A stretch of 64,000 nt of DNA from Bacteroidales bacterium. GTDB lineage: Bacteria; Bacteroidota; Bacteroidia; Bacteroidales; VadinHA17. Position 1 is the first letter of the stretch; each line of letters opens with the position of its first letter. The position numbers and the translations under genes are program-made. Where the stretch lies: contig JALVJE010000138.1 of assembly GCA_027028505.1 (NCBI GenBank), positions 1 to 64,000 of the forward strand. The letters are read 5' to 3'. Below the pieces are notes generated by a model. The model did not search any database. It was not told where the DNA came from and worked only from the letters and a program-made list of their open reading frames with translations. Positions 61,614 to 64,000 of the stretch are shown piece after piece.

Positions 61614-64000
61614 ATGAAGCATTTTCTTTTATGGTCAGTGCTCCTCGGTCTGGCCTTTCCGGTAAACGCACAGCAGCTTAAAAACGATCGCCTTCCCGAT
61701 AAGATCTACGGAGAATGGTTCGCACCTGCTGGCAAAAGTGAATACAACGGGATCCTGATCCGTCCCGATTTCATAGAATATTTTTACCAGGCCTGCCGAT
61801 ACGACGAGATACGTCACCGAGACTCTCTTTACCTGATACGGGCGGTGATGGACCGGGGGGACACCATAACCTTTTCCGTTCAGTTCCTGGCAGAGGATAC
61901 GATTCGGATGGTGCGGCCGGGAGGTCAGGTGGTTATTTACGGGAGGGTGAAGGAGCCCCATAATAGTAAGAAACTATCTGCGGACGGGATTCCTGACTTT
62001 CTGCGTCATTCCTGGTATACCACCGATGGAAAAAACACCCTGCAATTCGATCTTTCCGGAGATACCTTATCTTTCCGCCACAAGAAATATAAGCTGATAG
62101 ATATAATCCACTTCAACCATCCCTGGGGTGAGGAATACCGGTTCACAGGGGTGAACGAGGAGGGCAAAGCGATGATGTTCTATTTCAAGAAATGGTCGGA
62201 GGGATACACCCTGGTGGGATATTACGGCCAGTACGGCAACTTGTATAAAAGCGATTCCGACTATCCCAATGTACGAACGTCCGATCCGGCGGGTTTTGTC
62301 CGGACATTTGGCGGACAATGGTTTACAACCGACGGAAAGAATGAGGAACGGATGTCATACGGACACGGTACACTGGTGATAGGGGGAAAACCCTGTAAAA
62401 TGCAGAGTATAACGAAAAACAAGGATGGTTTTTCATTGCACTTGTCGGCGGGTCAAACGGACAAATGGATCGATCTGAAAAAAGATGGGAAGGATCACAT
62501 CCTCTTTGCTGAAAAGGGACAACGCCCCGTGATCCTGAAACACCGGCCTGCGGATAAGAACTATGTTCCTGAAGAGCTGCCAGATACATTGGCAGGCGCC
62601 TGGTACACTACAGATGGGAAAAACGAAGAAGCGGTTTCCCTGGCACCGGCCCTGGTATTGATCGGAAAACAAAAGATAAAAAATCCCCTTTTCGGAAAGA
62701 CCAGTACAGGATTAGCCATCATGAACCCCAAAGAAAAGATCCTGGCAGAGATCACGATGGTCACTCCCACCCACATAGAGATCAGAGATAAAAAAGGGGA
62801 AAGGAACATATACAAGCGTTCACCTGAGACGGGCGACACGATGTTTATCGCCCCGGCAGCCCTTCCTCCCTACCTAAAAGGCAACTGGTTCGGTACCGAC
62901 GGGAGCGAATACTGGGCTTTCGGCATCCATGATAAATTTCTCATCGCCGACAATGCTTTCTGGAATTATCGGAACATCATATACAAAGACAACACTTTTA
63001 CCATCGATGCAAAAAACGGCGGACATCTGAACCGGTATGTTTTCAGGCCCGTTGGAAATGATCTTTGGGAGGTCAGTAAGAACAATGCGTCTTTTAGAAA
63101 ATACACCCTCGACCGTACCCGGGCGGTTTACCGGCCACAAAACCGGTACGGAAGCAGGAATACCCATGATGTGTTCATCCAGGGATATATACACCCGGTC
63201 ACTGCTGGGACACCCCGAACTTTTCAGTTTGTGGTAAATAATATTATTTATAATGATCAGCTGACCTATATCGCCAGTATAGATGATGACGGCCGCTTTG
63301 AGATCACCATCCCGAAATTCTACGGACAGGACATTTACCTGATACATAAAAACCTGGTAACTCTATTCGTTCATCCGGGAGACAGTTTACTGATCATTTA
63401 CGATCCGGCTGATATTGAAAATACCATTCTCTTTATGGGAGACGATGCGGATGCCTGTCATGACATGAATCTGTGGGACAAAAAACAGCATGCTATTGCA
63501 AGAAAAGAAGCGTATGCAGATCAGAGTCATATTAAAAAAGACAGTTGTTCCGTATATAAAGCCTACAAAACAAAACAACATGAGGAAGAGCTACAAAGGG
63601 CCGGTAAGTTTCAAAAAGAACACGAACTGAGCCGGAACTTCTCTAAATGGCTGAAGGATGAGACAACCTATGATTATCTGAATAGCCTTATGCGATACAG
63701 ATGGATGCATCCTATGTCTTTAGGGATCAATCCATTCTTTTTCAAACTTCCGGACAGTTGTTTCAGTTTTGTGTATCGTTATCCTGTCGATCTTAACAAA
63801 GAGATTATCTCTTCCTCTTTTGGAGACTATGTTTATGAACTGGAAATGTATTTTACCCACCGGATGCACGAAACGGATACACTCAATGCCATTACGTTCA
63901 CTCCGACGCACATGCTGGAGATACTTGCCGAGAAAATGGACAGCTTTCCTCCGGAGATCGGAAAGATCCGTACCCGGCTGCAGGAAGGTAAAAAGCTGGA
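61614..64000 (+). CDS. 3'-partial hypothetical secreted protein with internally repeated W(Y/F)TTDGKN-containing modules (absent from the ORF track because no stop lies within the window)
   Basis: ATG at 61614, signal peptide MKHFLLWSVLLGLAFPVNAQ. The reading frame is open to the end of the window (>795 codons, checked codon by codon). Recurring motifs WYTTDGKNTLQF, WFTTDGKNEERM, WYTTDGKNEEAV, WFGTDGSEYW. Confidence 0.6.
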   Translation, partial: MKHFLLWSVLLGLAFPVNAQQLKNDRLPDKIYGEWFAPAGKSEYNGILIRPDFIEYFYQACRYDEIRHRDSLYLIRAVMDRGDTITFSVQFLAEDTIRMVRPGGQVVIYGRVKEPHNSKKLSADGIPDFLRHSWYTTDGKNTLQFDLSGDTLSFRHKKYKLIDIIHFNHPWGEEYRFTGVNEEGKAMMFYFKKWSEGYTLVGYYGQYGNLYKSDSDYPNVRTSDPAGFVRTFGGQWFTTDGKNEERMSYGHGTLVIGGKPCKMQSITKNKDGFSLHLSAGQTDKWIDLKKDGKDHILFAEKGQRPVILKHRPADKNYVPEELPDTLAGAWYTTDGKNEEAVSLAPALVLIGKQKIKNPLFGKTSTGLAIMNPKEKILAEITMVTPTHIEIRDKKGERNIYKRSPETGDTMFIAPAALPPYLKGNWFGTDGSEYWAFGIHDKFLIADNAFWNYRNIIYKDNTFTIDAKNGGHLNRYVFRPVGNDLWEVSKNNASFRKYTLDRTRAVYRPQNRYGSRNTHDVFIQGYIHPVTAGTPRTFQFVVNNIIYNDQLTYIASIDDDGRFEITIPKFYGQDIYLIHKNLVTLFVHPGDSLLIIYDPADIENTILFMGDDADACHDMNLWDKKQHAIARKEAYADQSHIKKDSCSVYKAYKTKQHEEELQRAGKFQKEHELSRNFSKWLKDETTYDYLNSLMRYRWMHPMSLGINPFFFKLPDSCFSFVYRYPVDLNKEIISSSFGDYVYELEMYFTHRMHETDTLNAITFTPTHMLEILAEKMDSFPPEIGKIRTRLQEGKKL

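Overview
This 64-kb window looks like a chromosomal segment of a Bacteroidota (Bacteroidetes) bacterium, GC-rich and densely coding on both strands. The inference rests on several hallmarks: SusC/SusD pairs, TonB-dependent receptor plus DUF4249-like lipoprotein pairs, a T9SS C-terminal sorting domain, lipoprotein signal peptides, and many secreted glycan-degrading enzymes.

Gene content has a strong host-glycan / N-glycan foraging theme. There is a SusC/SusD pair with a PNGase F-like protein carrying a T9SS sorting domain. There are two GH29 alpha-L-fucosidases, a GH20 hexosaminidase, two sulfatases, and a bifunctional SGNH/alpha-beta-hydrolase esterase. There is a TAT-exported Gfo/Idh/MocA (GH109-like) oxidoreductase and two proteins with tandem DUF1080 (3-keto-disaccharide hydrolase-like) domains.

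Housekeeping and other genes include formate--tetrahydrofolate ligase, an Rrf2 (NsrR-like) regulator next to a quinol-type nitric-oxide reductase, an M16 peptidase, an SPFH / ribbon-helix-helix / GPP34 operon, and a 13-copy WG-repeat protein.

The most unusual region is 51.0-55.3 kb. Two near-identical orphan Rhs (YD-repeat) core C-terminal fragments start at the same internal core position. They flank a visibly AT-rich insert carrying an AbiEi/AbiEii module and small ORFs. The second fragment ends in an unrecognised C-terminal toxin domain with no obvious immunity gene. Both fragments carry conserved hairpin-rich in-frame insertions splitting the canonical YLYNGKELQD..WYDYGARxYD motif.

Intergenic regions hold a striking modular family of short-word tandem repeat arrays (e.g. 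aagtggaaa, gagcRatgag, gagtatcgag, agttcac, cctgcc/ggcagg hairpin arrays). They also hold a roughly 100-130 bp dispersed REP/MITE-like element in three copies. Several of these arrays make the ORF track over-extend gene starts. The partial genes at both window edges (2-3349 and 61614->64000) are missing or truncated in the ORF track. No rRNA, tRNA or CRISPR was seen.
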